A stretch of DNA of 64,000 bases from Squalus acanthias (lineage: Eukaryota). How positions within the stretch are numbered: the first letter of the stretch is position 1; each line of letters starts with the position of its first letter. Under the pieces are notes generated by a model that was not told the DNA's origin, ran no database searches, and was given only the letters and a program-made list of their open reading frames with translations. The position numbers were made by a program, and so were the translations under genes. Below are positions 1 through 12,689 of the stretch, in pieces. Location of the stretch: NCBI GenBank assembly GCA_030390025.1, contig CM059432.1, forward strand, positions 71,178,001 to 71,242,000, read 5' to 3'.

Positions 1-2640
1 CGTCTAGCCTATCCAAACCTGTCATAATCTTGTACACCTCTATCAAATCACCCCTCAATCTCCTTTGCTCTAATGAAAACAAATCCAGCTTCTCCCACCT
101 GTCCTTGTAGCTAAGATCCCCCATCCCCAGAACCATTCTGGTAAATCTCCTCTGCACCCTCTCAAGGGCCTTCACATCCTTCCTAAAGCGTGGTGACCAG
201 AACTGGACGCAATACTCCAGTTGTGGCCTAACCAGCGCTTTATAAAGATTCAGCATAACTTCTCTACTTTTGTACTCAATAACTCTATTTATGAAGTCCA
301 AGATCCCATATGCTTTGCTAACCACTCTCTCAATATGTCCTGCCACCTTCAGGGACCTATGCACATTAACTCCCAGGTACCTCTGTCCCTGCACACTCTT
401 TAAAACTGTGCCATTAAGTGTATATTGCCTCTCCCTGTTCCTTCTGCCAAAATGCATCACCTCACACTTCTCTGTATTAAATTCCATCTGCCACTTGTCT
501 GCCCATTTTGCTAGCCTTTCTATGTCCTGTTGCAGTTGATTGCTATCATCCTCACTGTTTGCCACACCTGCAAGTTTGGTGTCATCGGCAAATTTAGAAA
601 TTCTACTCTGTATTCCAATATCCAGGTCATTTATATATATATCAAAAAAAGCAGTGGCTCCAGCACTGACCCTTGAGGAACACCACTGTCTACCATCCTC
701 CAGTCTGAAAAACAGCTATTTACCACAACTCGCTGTTTTCTGTCCTTAAGCCAATTCCTTATCCAAGCTGCCAATGACCCACCTATTCCATGAGCCTCAA
801 TTTTGTTAACCAGCCTTCTATGTGGTACTTTGTCAAACGCCTTCCTAAAATCCATGTAGACAACATCCATTGCATTCCCTTCATCAATCCTCTCTGTTAC
901 TTCATCAAAAAATTAAATTAAATTAGTCAAACACGATCTGCCTTTTACAAATCCGTGTTGGCTCTCCTTAATTAGCTTAAACCTTTCCAAGTGCCCGTTA
1001 ATTTTTTCCTTGATTAATGTTTCTAAAATTTTACCCATCACTGATGTTAAATTGACCGGCCTGTAGTTACTAGGATTGTCCTTATACCCTTTCTTGAACA
1101 ATGGTGTCACATTTGCCACTTTCCAATCCTTAGGCACCTCCCCTGCATCTAGGGAAGATTGGAAAATTATGGCAAGCCCTTCCGCTATCTCCTCCCCCAA
1201 TTCCCTTAGCAACCTGGGATGCAAGCCATCTGGACCAGGCGACTTGTCCATTCTAAGCATACTCAGCCTTTCTAGTACACCCTGTCTATCAATTTTCACC
1301 CCTTCCATTGCTTCTACCTTTTCCACTTCTACCAATTTTTTGTCAGCATCCACCTCCTTAGTAAACACCGATGCAAAGTACTCATTGAGTATTCTAGCCT
1401 TGCCCTGCGCCTCTAAACATATATCACCTTCTTTGTCTCTCATAAGCCCCACGCCGCCTCTTACTACCCGCTTACTGTTTACATGCCGGTAGAAGATTTT
1501 TGGGTTCCCTTTTATGTTAACCGCCATTCTACTCTCATATTCTCTCTTTGCCAATCTTATTTTCATCTTCACTTCCCCTCTCAACTTATTGTATTTGGTC
1601 TGGTTCTCCCTTGAAGAATTCACCTGACATGCATCATACACCCTCTTTCTTTGTTTCATCATCTTCTCTATCTCCCTTGTCAACCAAGGAGGGCTTGCTT
1701 TGGTTCCCTTACCTTTCCCTCTTGTTGGAATGTACCTAGCCTGTACTTGGAACATCTCCTCCTTAAAGATCACCCATTGTTCCGTTACAGTTTTTCCTGT
1801 CAGTCTTTGGTTCCATTTTACCCTGGCTAGATCCTTTCACATCCCATTGAAGTTACCCCTATTCCAGTTTAGAAGTTCCATTCTAGATTGTTCCTTGCTC
1901 CTCTCCATTGCTAATCTAAATCTTATGATACGATGATCACTCATACCCAAATGTTCTCCCACAGACACTTGGTCGACCTGGCCCACCTCATTCCCCAGCA
2001 CCAGATCCAGCAATGCCTCCTTCCTAGTTGGGCCAAGAACATACTGGTCAAGGAAATTCCCCTGAACACATTTCAGAAATTCCTCCCTCTCCCTTTCCTT
2101 TACCCTAGCATTATCCCAATTGATATTTGGGTAATTAAAGTCCCCCAATATCACTACTCTACAGCTCTTGCATATCTCTGCGATTTCCCTACAGATTTGC
2201 TCCTCTACCTCCCTCTCACTATTTGGAGGCCTATAGAATACCCCCAAAGTGTGATCATACCCTATTTGCTCCTCAACTCTAACCAAATGGACTCTGTCCT
2301 TGCCCCCTCAAGAACATCCTCACTTTCCAACACTACAATGTCTTCCTTAATCATCCCTGCCACCCCTCCTCCCTTCTCAGTGTCCTACCATTTATAGTGT
2401 ATTCCCATGCCTTTTTAGCCCTCCCCAAATGCATTACCTCACACTTCTCCAGATCCCACCCCACCTCCCTTTTTTCCTTCCCTATCTTTTCTGGACTTCT
2501 TGTACTCTTGAATATTAAGTGCCCAGTCCTCACCGTTTTTAAACCATGTTTCTGTTATTGTCACAACATCATATTGCCACACGGCTAATTGAGCTCGTAG
2601 CTCACCAACCTTATTCACCACACTTTGTGTGTTTATTTAC
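1..2640 (-). pseudogene. CR1 ORF2 (APE endonuclease + reverse transcriptase), disrupted
   Basis: ORFs 2439-2621 (ITETW), 1837-2286, 913-1773 and 631-870 are consecutive ORF2 segments broken by frameshifts and stops. Confidence 0.93.
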
Positions 2641-2821
2641 ATGCATTCTAAACCCATTTTTGAATTTTTCGTAGTCTTTCTTAGTCTGCTCCTAACTAAT
2701 ATGGTACTACTTCCGCCTCTAGTACTACTTTCTTCTCTAGTACTATCCAACACACTCACTCTTTTATGCACCTTATTCCTCTTTTCTACTCCTATATGCT
2801 GGTTCCCATCCCCCTGCCAAG

Positions 2822-3770
2822 CTAGTTTAAACCCTCCCCAACAGCACGAGCAAACCTACCCGCGAGAATATTGGTCCCGGCTCTGTTGAGGTGTAACCCG
2901 TCCAGCTTGTACAGGTCCCACCTTCCACAGAAACGGTCCCAATGCCTCAGGAATCTAAAGCCCTCCCTCCTACACCATCTCTCCAGCCACGCATTCATCT
3001 GTTCTATCCTCCTATTCCTGTACTCACTAGCACGTGGCACCGGGAGTAATCCGGAGATTACTACCTTTGAGGTCTTGCTTTTTAATCGCTTTCCTAGCTC
3101 CCTATAGTCTGCCTGCAGAACCTCATCCCTCTTTCTGCCTATGTCGCTGGTACCGATATGGACAACAACCTCTGGCTGTTCACCCTCCCCTCTCAGAGTG
3201 TCCTACAGGTGCTCAGTGACATCCTTGACCCTGGCACCAGGGAGGCAACATACCATCCTGGAGTCACGTCTGCGGCCGCAGAAACACCTGTCTGCTCCCC
3301 TAACTATCGAATCCCCTACCACTATTAATCTTCACTCTTTTTCCTCCCTCCCTCTGCGGCTGAGCCACCCGTGGTGCCTTGGACTTGTCTCTGGCTGCAC
3401 TCCCCAGAGGAACCATCACCCTCACCAGTACTCAGAACAGAATACTGGTTGGAGAGCGAGATGCACTCCGGGGTCTCCTGCACTACCAGCCTGGTCCTCC
3501 TCTTCTGTTGGCAGTCACCCATTCCCTCTCTGCCTGCATACTCTTCAGCTGCGGGGTGGCCACCTCCTGAAACGTGCTATCCACGTAACTCTCAGCCTCA
3601 CAGCTGCACCGCAGTGACTCCAGCCGCCGCTCAAGCTCTGAAACACGGACCTTGAGCTGCTGTAGATGGTGACACTTCCTGCACATGTGGTCGTCCAGGC
3701 TACGCAAAGTGTCCAGGACCTCCCACATGGCACAGGATGTGCACTCCATGGGATTGAGCTGCCCTGCCAT
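2822..3770 (-). pseudogene. CR1 ORF1 (CxxC..CxxC zinc finger, coiled coil, SGNH/GDSL esterase), disrupted
   Basis: ATG at 3770: MAGQLNPMECTSCAMW...CRKC. GDSIVRG and HIGTSD motifs near 3310-3140; DGLHLN near 2890. Split over several frames. Confidence 0.9.
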
Positions 3771-4354
3771 GCCTCTAGTTCATAGACTGAGAACTAACCC
3801 AGCAGAAATAAACTTAAAACTTAACAAAAAACACTCCCCAGCTACTCACCAATCAGCTCCTTCCCTTGTGCCGACATCACTTTTTCTACTCTGATGTCGC
3901 TCTTTCGGATTCTGCCTCTGTTGAGTTGCTGCCTCTCTCGCTCTGCTCCCGCTCTGGTGACGCCCAGGTCCACTGCCTCCTCCCAAATAAGTCTAGACTT
4001 ATTTTATTTATTTAATTAGTTAAAGTCTTTAAACAACTATTATTTATAGTTATATTCATTGGTTTAACTAGTTAAGCTATTAATTTAAGATGGTATGTTA
4101 TAGTTTCCTGATCCTAGTTTAAACCACTGTCCTAGAGAGAAAATAAAAACCTTAATACTCACCAACCAATCACCTATCTGCTGTCCTGTGACGTCACACC
4201 TTGTTTTTTTTGGACTCCTGGATTTTTTTCCTCTCTGCTCCGGTTCCCGGTTAGGTCCGCTCCTCCTCGGCTGCTCGCAATGAGTTCAGGCCTAATTCAG
4301 TAACATAACAACTATGCTACCGTACCGTTCTGCTACTGATAATCTCGAGTCTAT

Positions 4355-6212
4355 GGCTGGAATTTTACCGGCGCTGAGAGGATGGGATTGGAGGCGGGTC
4401 AGCTGTGAAATTTGAAATGATTGACAGTGAGTCGGGACCCTGCCTCCACGTTATTCTCCCAGTTGTCGGGTCTGTCAGCGCTGAACAGCGGGGGAGGTAA
4501 TTTAGAACATTAGCTGGATTGTTAAGAGGCAATTAAGTCTTATTTTAAGCTCACCTTTAGATTTTTTAGAATTTGCCAACGGCTTCCCCGCTGCTCGGGG
4601 ATCACGTCAGGTAAGGAGGTCGGGTGTTGTGTCAGTATGGGATAATTTACTAACTTGCCAGCTGCAAATGATCTATAAAAGCTTCCATTTCATAGGTCTT
4701 CACTTTCCAAGGTTAGAAGCTGTTACTTACTGCATTTGGAAGACAGATTGAGCTTTATGCAGCTAGCAAGTGTTTGGAGCAAACTCTCTATCCAGTGTCA
4801 CCTCATTGGAACAACCTTTCTCACCATTGACAGATCGCTTCCGTCATCTCAACCTCACCTGCCATCTATTACATCAGCATCGGTGTCCTTGAAAAAATCT
4901 CACCTTGGTCCTCAGAATCCCACCACAATCAGCCCCAACACCAGCATCACCGGGCACACCAGCAGCACTAACATCAACACCAACCTTCTCCGTAATCAAC
5001 TGATGCTGCACAGGACATCAGCACCCGACCACATTGTTGCCCTGGATGCCAGGGATGGCCTCACCATGGCCACATTTACTAAACTTGACGTTGTACACCC
5101 TGGCTGCCACATGATGCACCAGGTTGGCACCACTCCACACCAACACCGTAAAACATCCCTACAGCGCCCAAGCCATTCCTTTCACACTCATTGCCATTGT
5201 GGGGGGTATCGTTATGTCTCACCATTCACTGCAACTCACTAAGCCACTTCCAAATGTGCACATAAATCTGTCCAAGAATGCAAAGTGTGGAAAATAAAGA
5301 TTTCAATGTTTGACAGCACATTACCAGAAACTTCACATGAACATTGGCTAAAACACTCAAGTGCCTACCCTCATGTGTTGTTAGTTGGTAACATAGAAAC
5401 ATAGAAGATAGGAGCAGGAGTAGGCCATTCAGCCCCTCGAGCCTGCTCCGCCATTTAATGAGATCATGGCTGATCATCCAAATTCAGTACCCTGTCCCTG
5501 CTTTCTCCCCATGTGCTTGCACTAGGATGAGGGTGAGTGTGAGGGGTGGCTAGTGAGATGGGGATGTGATAATGTAGATAGAGAGGGATAGGTGGAGGTG
5601 CAAGGTAAGTTGGTGTGAGTAAGGATGTGCAGGGGTAGGGTAGGGAAGGCAGAGTGATGGGGATGTGATGAGTGGCACAGCAGGATGAGGTTGAGCGTGG
5701 CTTTGCAGTAACTTTTCGTGATCTACTGAGATCATTGAAAGGTTGGTGCCACTGCAGCCTGGTCCTCCTGACGACATCTCTGCTTGTGCCCTCCCGTGCA
5801 ATGTGCAACCAGGCTGCGTTATCTCCTGGGGAGGTCTCTTCCGCCCATTGGAAGGGAAGAGAACCTCCCTGCATGCTGTGACTCCCTCCATGGAGAGCCT
5901 GGGTGCAGCCATGCTCATTTGTGCAGTGCTTGTCAGTGTTTGCAGCACCTCAATGCTGTAGAATACTGACAGCACAACTGTCAAACTAAATTTGGACATG
6001 GCCCCTTTAAGTAAACCGGCTGATGACACGTCATCAAATGATGTCATCAGACCCGCTTCCTTTTAATTGGCTGGGAACCTCGCTGGGCGGGCTTAACAAG
6101 GCTAATCAACGTAAAATCACTTCAACTGAGCGGTGTGGAGCAGGCAGCGGGCTGGGACTGCGCTTCCGACCCCAGCCGCCCCGGACCCGCCTCGGTAGGC
6201 GAAATCACGGCC
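4355..6212. mobile_element. Degenerate non-autonomous Harbinger element (vestigial transposase 5' part, Myb exon 1 remnant on - at ~5680-5915), with a CR1 tail at ~5390-5510
   Basis: Ends ggctggaatttt... / ...gaaatcacggcc flanked by TAT/TAT. Minus-strand remnant 'REVLFPSNGRKRPPQE' and 'FNDLSRSRK' resembles the Myb exon 1 of other copies. Confidence 0.7.
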
Positions 6213-6573
6213 TATGTTACCTAGTTACCAATTCACAGCCTGTGAAAAGTCTTTACCTTCTCAAAATCTTCATAATTTTGAAGACCTCTATTAGATCCAA
6301 TGGAAGATTTTGGGCCGGAATTTCCTCGAAGTTTCTCCTGCTCTGCTGCCGCTCCTGTAATATATGGTGGTGCTGTGGGAGAAGCGCTGAGGAAAGTCTG
6401 AGCCAAAACTTTCTGCCTCAGGCAACATGTTGCAATCAATGTGATACGCTTGCACAGAACGCTTTACATGAAGACAAAACCAACTGAATTAGGCATGGCA
6501 GAATCTAGGACATTGTTTAATGAATCTACTGAGATTATTTGTATTATTTCCAAAAACACTCTTATGACTTACA

Positions 6574-7082
6574 TTGGAGGCAGTTCAGAGACGATTCACT
6601 TGGTTCATTCCAGAGATGAGGGGATTGACTTATGAGGAAAGGTTGAGCAAGCTGGGCCTATACTCACTGGAATTTAGAAGAATGAGAGGTGATCTTATTG
6701 AAACATATAAGATACTGAGGGGGCTCAACAAGGTAGATGCAGAGAGGATGTTTCCCCTCGTGGGGAAATCTAGAACTCGGGGGCATAGTTTCAGAATAAA
6801 GGGTCGCCCTTTTAGAACTGAGATGAGGAGGAATTTCTTCTCTCAGAGGGTCGTAAATCTGTGGAATTCTCTGCCCCAGAGAGCCGTGGAGGCTGGGTCA
6901 TTAAATACATTTAAGGTGGAGATAGACAGATTTTTGCAAGATGAGGGAGTGAAGGGTTATGGGGAGCGGGTGGGGAAGTGGCTTTGAGCCCAAGATCAGC
7001 CATGATCTTATTGAATGGCGGAGCAGGCTCGAGGGGCCAAGTGGCCTATTCCTGCTCCTATTTCTTATGTTCTTATGTTCTG
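6574..7082 (+). mobile_element. 5'-truncated CR1 LINE 3' end
   Basis: ORF EAVQRRFT...YEERL..LGLYSLEFRRMRGDLIE...FFSQRVVNLWNSLP, then CR1 3'UTR and TTCTTATG tail repeats. Confidence 0.95.
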
Positions 7083-7545
7083 ATGATGGTATTCATTCCA
7101 TTGTAGATTTTCTCTCATTGTATGTACATTTGTTCTACTTATAGTTCTAGTGATTTTATTGCTATTTAATTTTGAATAAATGCATTTGTTGCACTAGTCT
7201 GCAAAACACTGGTCCACATATTAGTATCAATTCTTGGAAGAGAGTTTGATTTCCTAGCTCAGACTATGTAAAATCCAGTAAGATGATTATTAATTTCAGC
7301 TAACTGTTAATGGCTTAGGCATGCATTTTTCTGAATATACAGAAGGTACAACTTCTGGATTGTGAAGGCAAGGTTCACTTGCAGGTACTGCTGTCAAACT
7401 ATTGAGAGAGAAGGTGCTTTTGTACAAACAAAAAATGGAACACCAACGTAGAAATATCAGGATCAAATCAATTTCTGGTTTAGCTGCAAGAAATAAATTT
7501 GTTTTGTTGCCACAAAATAACAATTGTGTTGTCTTTTGGATTTGT

Positions 7546-9180
7546 GGCCATGAAATTCACCTCAGTAGCGCCGGTTCTTTTGGCTGTTTTAAAAAAAAAA
7601 TTGCATCCGCCTCGCTTCCACTCACTTCTGGCGCTTGCAGCATGTGCTGTTCGCCATCTTGGTGAGAGTGATAGTGCGGGCGGTATGTGCGTGCACCAGC
7701 AGTATGCAGAGTAGGCAGATTGTGACGTTTGTCAGCTGCGTTCAGCTGCACGAGGGACCCCCCCCACCCCCCACCATGCTACTTAAAGGGATACATCCAA
7801 CTTGCAGGTTAGTTGCTTATTGCTTTTGTACTGGCTCTTGCAGAGTTTGTAGGAGTACTGGGTTGCTGTAAGGGATTTCAAAAGTTGTTAAGTTGTGCAG
7901 GATGTTGGGAAGGTGTTGGTTGCTACTGGAAAGTCTCTGAGTACACCACTTGCTCCCAGTCATGGGCGCTCTAGTTGCAGTCTCACTTGCGCTGCAGCAT
8001 GGCAGGGAGATGGAGCAGAGGCAGCAAAGAAGACAAGCTGCTCGCAGAGGGAGGAGGAGGAGGAGGGCTCTCAGCAGGAAGCCTTACCCAGCTAGGGTCT
8101 TGAGGGAGAACTTCTCCTACCCGCACCTAAGCCAGGAGCAGTGTGTTCGGTGGCTCTGCTTTACCAAGGAGGTGGTCACAGAATTGTGCCATCTCTTTGA
8201 ACCAGACCTGCAGCTGTAGAGCAGGATGACAACAGTGCTATCAGTGGCCCTTAAGGTGACCGTGGCCCTGAATATTTTTGCCAGCGGATCCTTCCAGGCT
8301 TGAACAGGCGATATAGCAAACATCCCACAGTTCGCCGTCCATTGCTGCATCCAGGAGGTCACAGAGGCTCTGTACTCTAGGAGAAGGGGCTTCATTGTCT
8401 TCTCTCTAAACAGAGAGAAGCAGGAGCAGCGCGCACATAGCTTTGCCAGGATATCGGGTTTCCTCATGGTGCAGGGAGCCATCGACTGCACACACGTGGC
8501 TTTGCAGACACCGCATCTCAATGGTGAGATGTACTGTAACCGCAAAGGCTACCACTCACTTAATGTGCAGTTAGTGCGCAAACACGCCCAGCACATCATG
8601 TTGGTGAATGCCCGGTGTCCTGGCAGCAGTCATGATGCCTTCATCCTGCACCAATCCGCTGTACCAGCAATCTTCCACCCACCACATCGAAGCCGAGGGT
8701 GCTGCTCAGTGACAAGGGCTATCCGTTCCACACCTGGCTGATGACTCCCCTCTGTAACCCCACCACTTGTGGCCGGCACTCATATAATGAGAGCCATACT
8801 GCCACAAGGAACGTCGAGCAGACCATCGGGGTGCTGAAGCAATGGTGCCGCTGTCTTGAACGCTCAGGAGGAGTCCTTCAGTACTCGCCGGAGCGAATGT
8901 CCCAATTCGTGGGGAGTGGGGAAGCAAGATGTGCATGCTTACATCATCAGCAGCTTGTAAGTGAGAAGAGATTGTGGGATATGGGGAAGTGGGATGTGAG
9001 AAAGAAGATTAGGTATGAGCATACTGCAATCTTCAGTGGTTTCAACCTTGCTGCTTGCCATGGCCTCAGTGGCGGCCCCTCCAATGATGTTGAGCACCAT
9101 CTCCTTCAGCTGGGTCAGGATATCCAGGCTTGCCCATCCCCCGCCGGTTAGCTGCTGCTGTCTGCGGTTATGAGCCACCT
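7546..9180 (+). mobile_element. Degenerate Harbinger: left end, transposase pseudogene (~7962-8910) fused by deletion to Myb intron 2/exon 2 remnant (-)
   Basis: Left end ggccatgaaattc. MVQGAIDCTHVAL..NRKGYHSLNVQ, SDKGY, ATRNVEQTIGVLK. Minus-strand AHNRRQQQLTGGG at 8939-9178. Confidence 0.9.
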
Positions 9181-9322
9181 AAGAACATAAGAACATAAGA
9201 AATAGGAGCAGGAGTAGGCCATTCGGCCCTTCAAGTCTGCTCCGCCATTCAATGAGATCATGGCTGATCTTCTGCCTCAACTCCATTCACCGGCCCTATC
9301 GCCATATCCCTTGATGCCCTTA
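9180..9322 (-). mobile_element. CR1 3' tail fragment
   Basis: aagaacataagaacataagaaataggagcaggagtaggcc... matches the other CR1 tails. Confidence 0.85.
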
Positions 9323-10002
9323 CTAGTCAGGGAATTACTTTGTCTGCTATTTGTAGGAAAATCATTTAAGATGTTTTATATTCATGCTTGTAATATTGTC
9401 ATAAATACCTCAGTGAAAACCCTCCCAACCCTTTATGCGTACTAATTGTCATGTTTTGATAGTATCTCTATGGTTGTGACAAGTAAACATGATCCTCTGT
9501 TATAAAATAGCTACTACAATTAAAATCTGACTATGTTTCGTGGTATTAATTGAGCTCCTTATTGTACTTGCATTATCAAAGAAATCATCATTAGTACAGC
9601 CAGTAGAAAATTCATTAATTGCAGTAAAGCAAGTACATCTGTATTTCCAAATCCCTGCAGAACCTTTATTTCCATTTTATATCCAAGCTCTTAAATATTC
9701 TGCTTCTGAATCATTTGCAGATTTTTCAACAAATTTATTTTCTGAAAATTGCTAAATGGTAATGTTAGAGACCTGAATGTTACTCATCTTGTTAAGTTAT
9801 AAACTGAAAGAAAAAGAATGTTGTAAATGGCTATTGCATAATAAATTAGTAGTGTTTAAATGCTTCAGTATATAGACTTTGTGCTGTACATAATGATGAA
9901 TTGTTACATCAGTCAGGAACTATTGAGCATGTTTAATGCTCAGGACAGATTAGCTTGGAAAAAGGATCATAAATTGCAAGTGACGTTCTGTTGGTAATTA
10001 GT

Positions 10003-10369
10003 CTACTCGGAGCAAGAGAGCCCCAGGTGGGCAGAGGAAGCGCTTCAAGGACACCTTCAAAGCCTCCTTGACAAAGTGCAACATCCCCACCGACACCTGG
10101 GAATCCCTGGTCCAAGACCACACAAAGTGGAGGAGAAGCATCCGGGAAGGCGCCGAACACCTCGAGTCTCTTCGCCGGGAGCAAGCGCAAACAGCGCAAG
10201 GAGTGCACGTCAACCCGAGCACCCCACCCACCCGCCCCTTCAACCACCGTCTGCCCCACCTGTGACAGAGACTGTAGGCCCCGCATTGGACTCATCAGTC
10301 ACCTGAGAACTCATTTTTAGGGTGGAAGCAAGTCATCCTCGGTTCCGAGGGACTGCCTAAGAAGAAGAA
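10003..10369 (+). mobile_element. RTE-clade LINE 3' fragment with (AAG)n tail and 9-bp TSD
   Basis: GGQRKRFKDTFKASLTKCNIPTDTWESL and C-terminal CPTC..C....GLISH motif typical of RTE. TSD gtaattagt at 9994-10002 and 10370-10378. Confidence 0.88.
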
Positions 10370-10989
10370 GTAATTAGTTAACAATTGTGTTAGATATTTT
10401 CTAATGTTTTCTTTTATACAAGGCGAATGGTAATATAATCATGCATCATTAGAATGGAGTATATTTAACATCTGTCCACAACATGGCAGAGCTGCTAAAG
10501 AGAGAAGGCTGCTGCTTGAAGCAAAGCACCTGCAACAATCAATGCTGTGACCATCCCCATGCTTTATTTCTCCGCCAATCCTTTATGTGCTGATATAATA
10601 GATATTATTTTCTACCACTGTCAAGTGGCTTTTTTCAGAGACTGACATATCCAAGCCTTTTGAAGAGGTTTTGAAAAGCTCCAAAGTGCATTTTTAAAAG
10701 TTTTTTGTTGGTAAATTAATTCACCACTACTGATAGAGTTCTGTTAAACCCAGACAAAGTCTCCCCTTTGCTGTTCTTCAACATATGAGGGGAAAGAACA
10801 TTGTGTTGTGACATTATAAGTTTTGCACTCAGTCTCAAATCAATGATGCCATAAAAGTTTCAAGCAAAACAGTCTTTAGCTTTTAAATTTTCCTGCAAAA
10901 CAACATGGCTTACTGTCACTATCAAAGTGGGCTTTTTCTTTGCAAATAAATTTGAAAGGACATTACTGTGGAGGTACAGGGAGGTACTC

Positions 10990-11030
<41 letters not shown>

Positions 11031-11040
11031 CACACACACA
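10990..11040. repeat. Compound microsatellite (CT)n(AT)n(AC)n
   Basis: Direct observation. Confidence 0.95.
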
Positions 11041-11477
11041 AAAAAGCTATTGCTTTTATCTATCTATCCAAAAGGAGAAATTCTAATTTCTTCTAGTGTG
11101 AAAGTAGCCTGCAAGAAATCTGTCATGTTGAATTCCCCAGCCAATAAAGGCTTACCCAGGTGAGATATGTGATGGGTGCATTTCAGGCAGTTTTCATCAC
11201 ATTGCTATTTTCTCACTACTGGATGGTGATTCTGATGGTTTGACAAAATATAAAGTACAATATCAACCTGGACGTAAGCTTCAGGTAGCAACAAGCATTT
11301 AAATTATGTTTCACAGGAAATGCAGGTTAATAATGCTGCTTAAGAAAATACTGTAAACACAAGTTTGATAGATTCTGTACATTGCAGCATGAATATTAAT
11401 GAAAAATACAGAGTGAACATCTGGCAAATAAGAAAATTACTGAAGCAGCAAATTATAACTAATGTGATACAGTAGTA

Positions 11478-12005
11478 AGTAAGGAGTGTGATGGAATACT
11501 CTCCACTTGCCTGGATGAGAGCAGCTCCAACAACACTCAAGAAGCTCGACACCATCCAGGACAAAGCAGCCCGCTTGATTGGCACCCCATCCACCACCTT
11601 AAACATTCACTCCCTCCACCACCGGCGTACCGTGGCTGCAGTGTGTACCATCTACAAGATGCACTGCAGCAACTCGCCAAGGCTTCTTCGGCAGCACCTC
11701 CCAAACCCGCGACCTCTTCCACCTAGAAGGACAAGGTCAGCAGACGCATGGGAACACCATCACCTCCAAGTTCCCCTCCAAGTCACACACCATCCTGACT
11801 TAGAAGTATATCGCTGTTCCTTCATCGTCGCTGGGTCAAAATCCTGGAACTCCCTACCTAACAGCACTGTGGGAGTACCTTCACCACACGGACTGCAGCG
11901 GTTCAAGAAGGCGGCTCACCACCACCTTCTCAAGGGCAATTAGGAATGGGCAATAAATTCTGGCCTTGCCAGCGATGCCCACATCCCAGGAATGAATAAA
12001 AAAAA
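11478..12005 (+). mobile_element. 3' fragment of a second CR1/L2-group LINE family ('family B')
   Basis: MEYSPLAW..AAPTTLKKLDTIQDKAARLIG...SLHHRR..WNSLP; ends in aatgaataaa followed by poly-A. Confidence 0.88.
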
Positions 12006-12011
12006 CATTTT

Positions 12012-12670
12012 CATAGGAGCAGGAGTAGGCCATTCAGCCCCTTGAGCCTGCACCGCCATTCAATTAGATCATGGCTGATCTGAACCTCAATCTATTTACG
12101 CATCTTTACTCCATATCACTTGATATCCTTACCCAACATAATTCTATTGATCTCAGTCTTGAAAATTTCAATTGATATAGCATTCACAGCCTTTTGGAGG
12201 AGAGAGTTCCAGATTTCCACGACCCTTTGTGTGAAAAAGTGCTTCCTGATTTCACTTCTAAATGTTCTAGCTTTAATTTTAAACTCATGCCCTTTTGTTC
12301 TGGATCCCCCCACCAGAGGAAATAGTTTCTTTATCCTATCAAATACCTTTATCATTTTAAATATCTCAATTAGATCAGTCCTGAAATTTCAAAACTCCAG
12401 GGAATACAAGCCAACTTATCAATTCCAACCCCCTTGAGATAAAGGTTAACATTCCATTAGCCTTTTTAATTCCTTTTTGTACATGTACACTAGCTTTTAG
12501 TGATTTCTGTACATGGACACCCAAATCCCTTTGCTCCTCCACAGCTCCTAATCTCTCGCCATTCAGAAAATATTCCGATTTGCCATTCTTCGATCCAAGG
12601 TGGATGACCTCACACTTCCTCTCGCGCTTCATCCTCTCACTTAATCAGTCCATATCCTTTTATAATTTCC
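12012..12670 (-). mobile_element. Decayed CR1 3' fragment
   Basis: CEVIHLG..RDLGVHV..KANGML and FFTQRVVEIWNSL, plus CR1 tail. Confidence 0.9.
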
Positions 12671-12689
12671 TGCTCATATCTGGATACAG

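Larger units (their letters stand above)
1..4278 (-). mobile_element. CR1-clade LINE, near full length (5'UTR, ORF1, ORF2); 3' end runs off the left edge
   Basis: Minus-strand ORF pieces in order: ORF1 zinc finger and esterase, APE endonuclease (LGDFNYP, LLDLVL, SDH), RT (KSPGPDG, NYRPVNL, QHGF, YMDFRKAFDKVPH, GVPQGSVL). Frameshifts and stops present. Confidence 0.95.
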
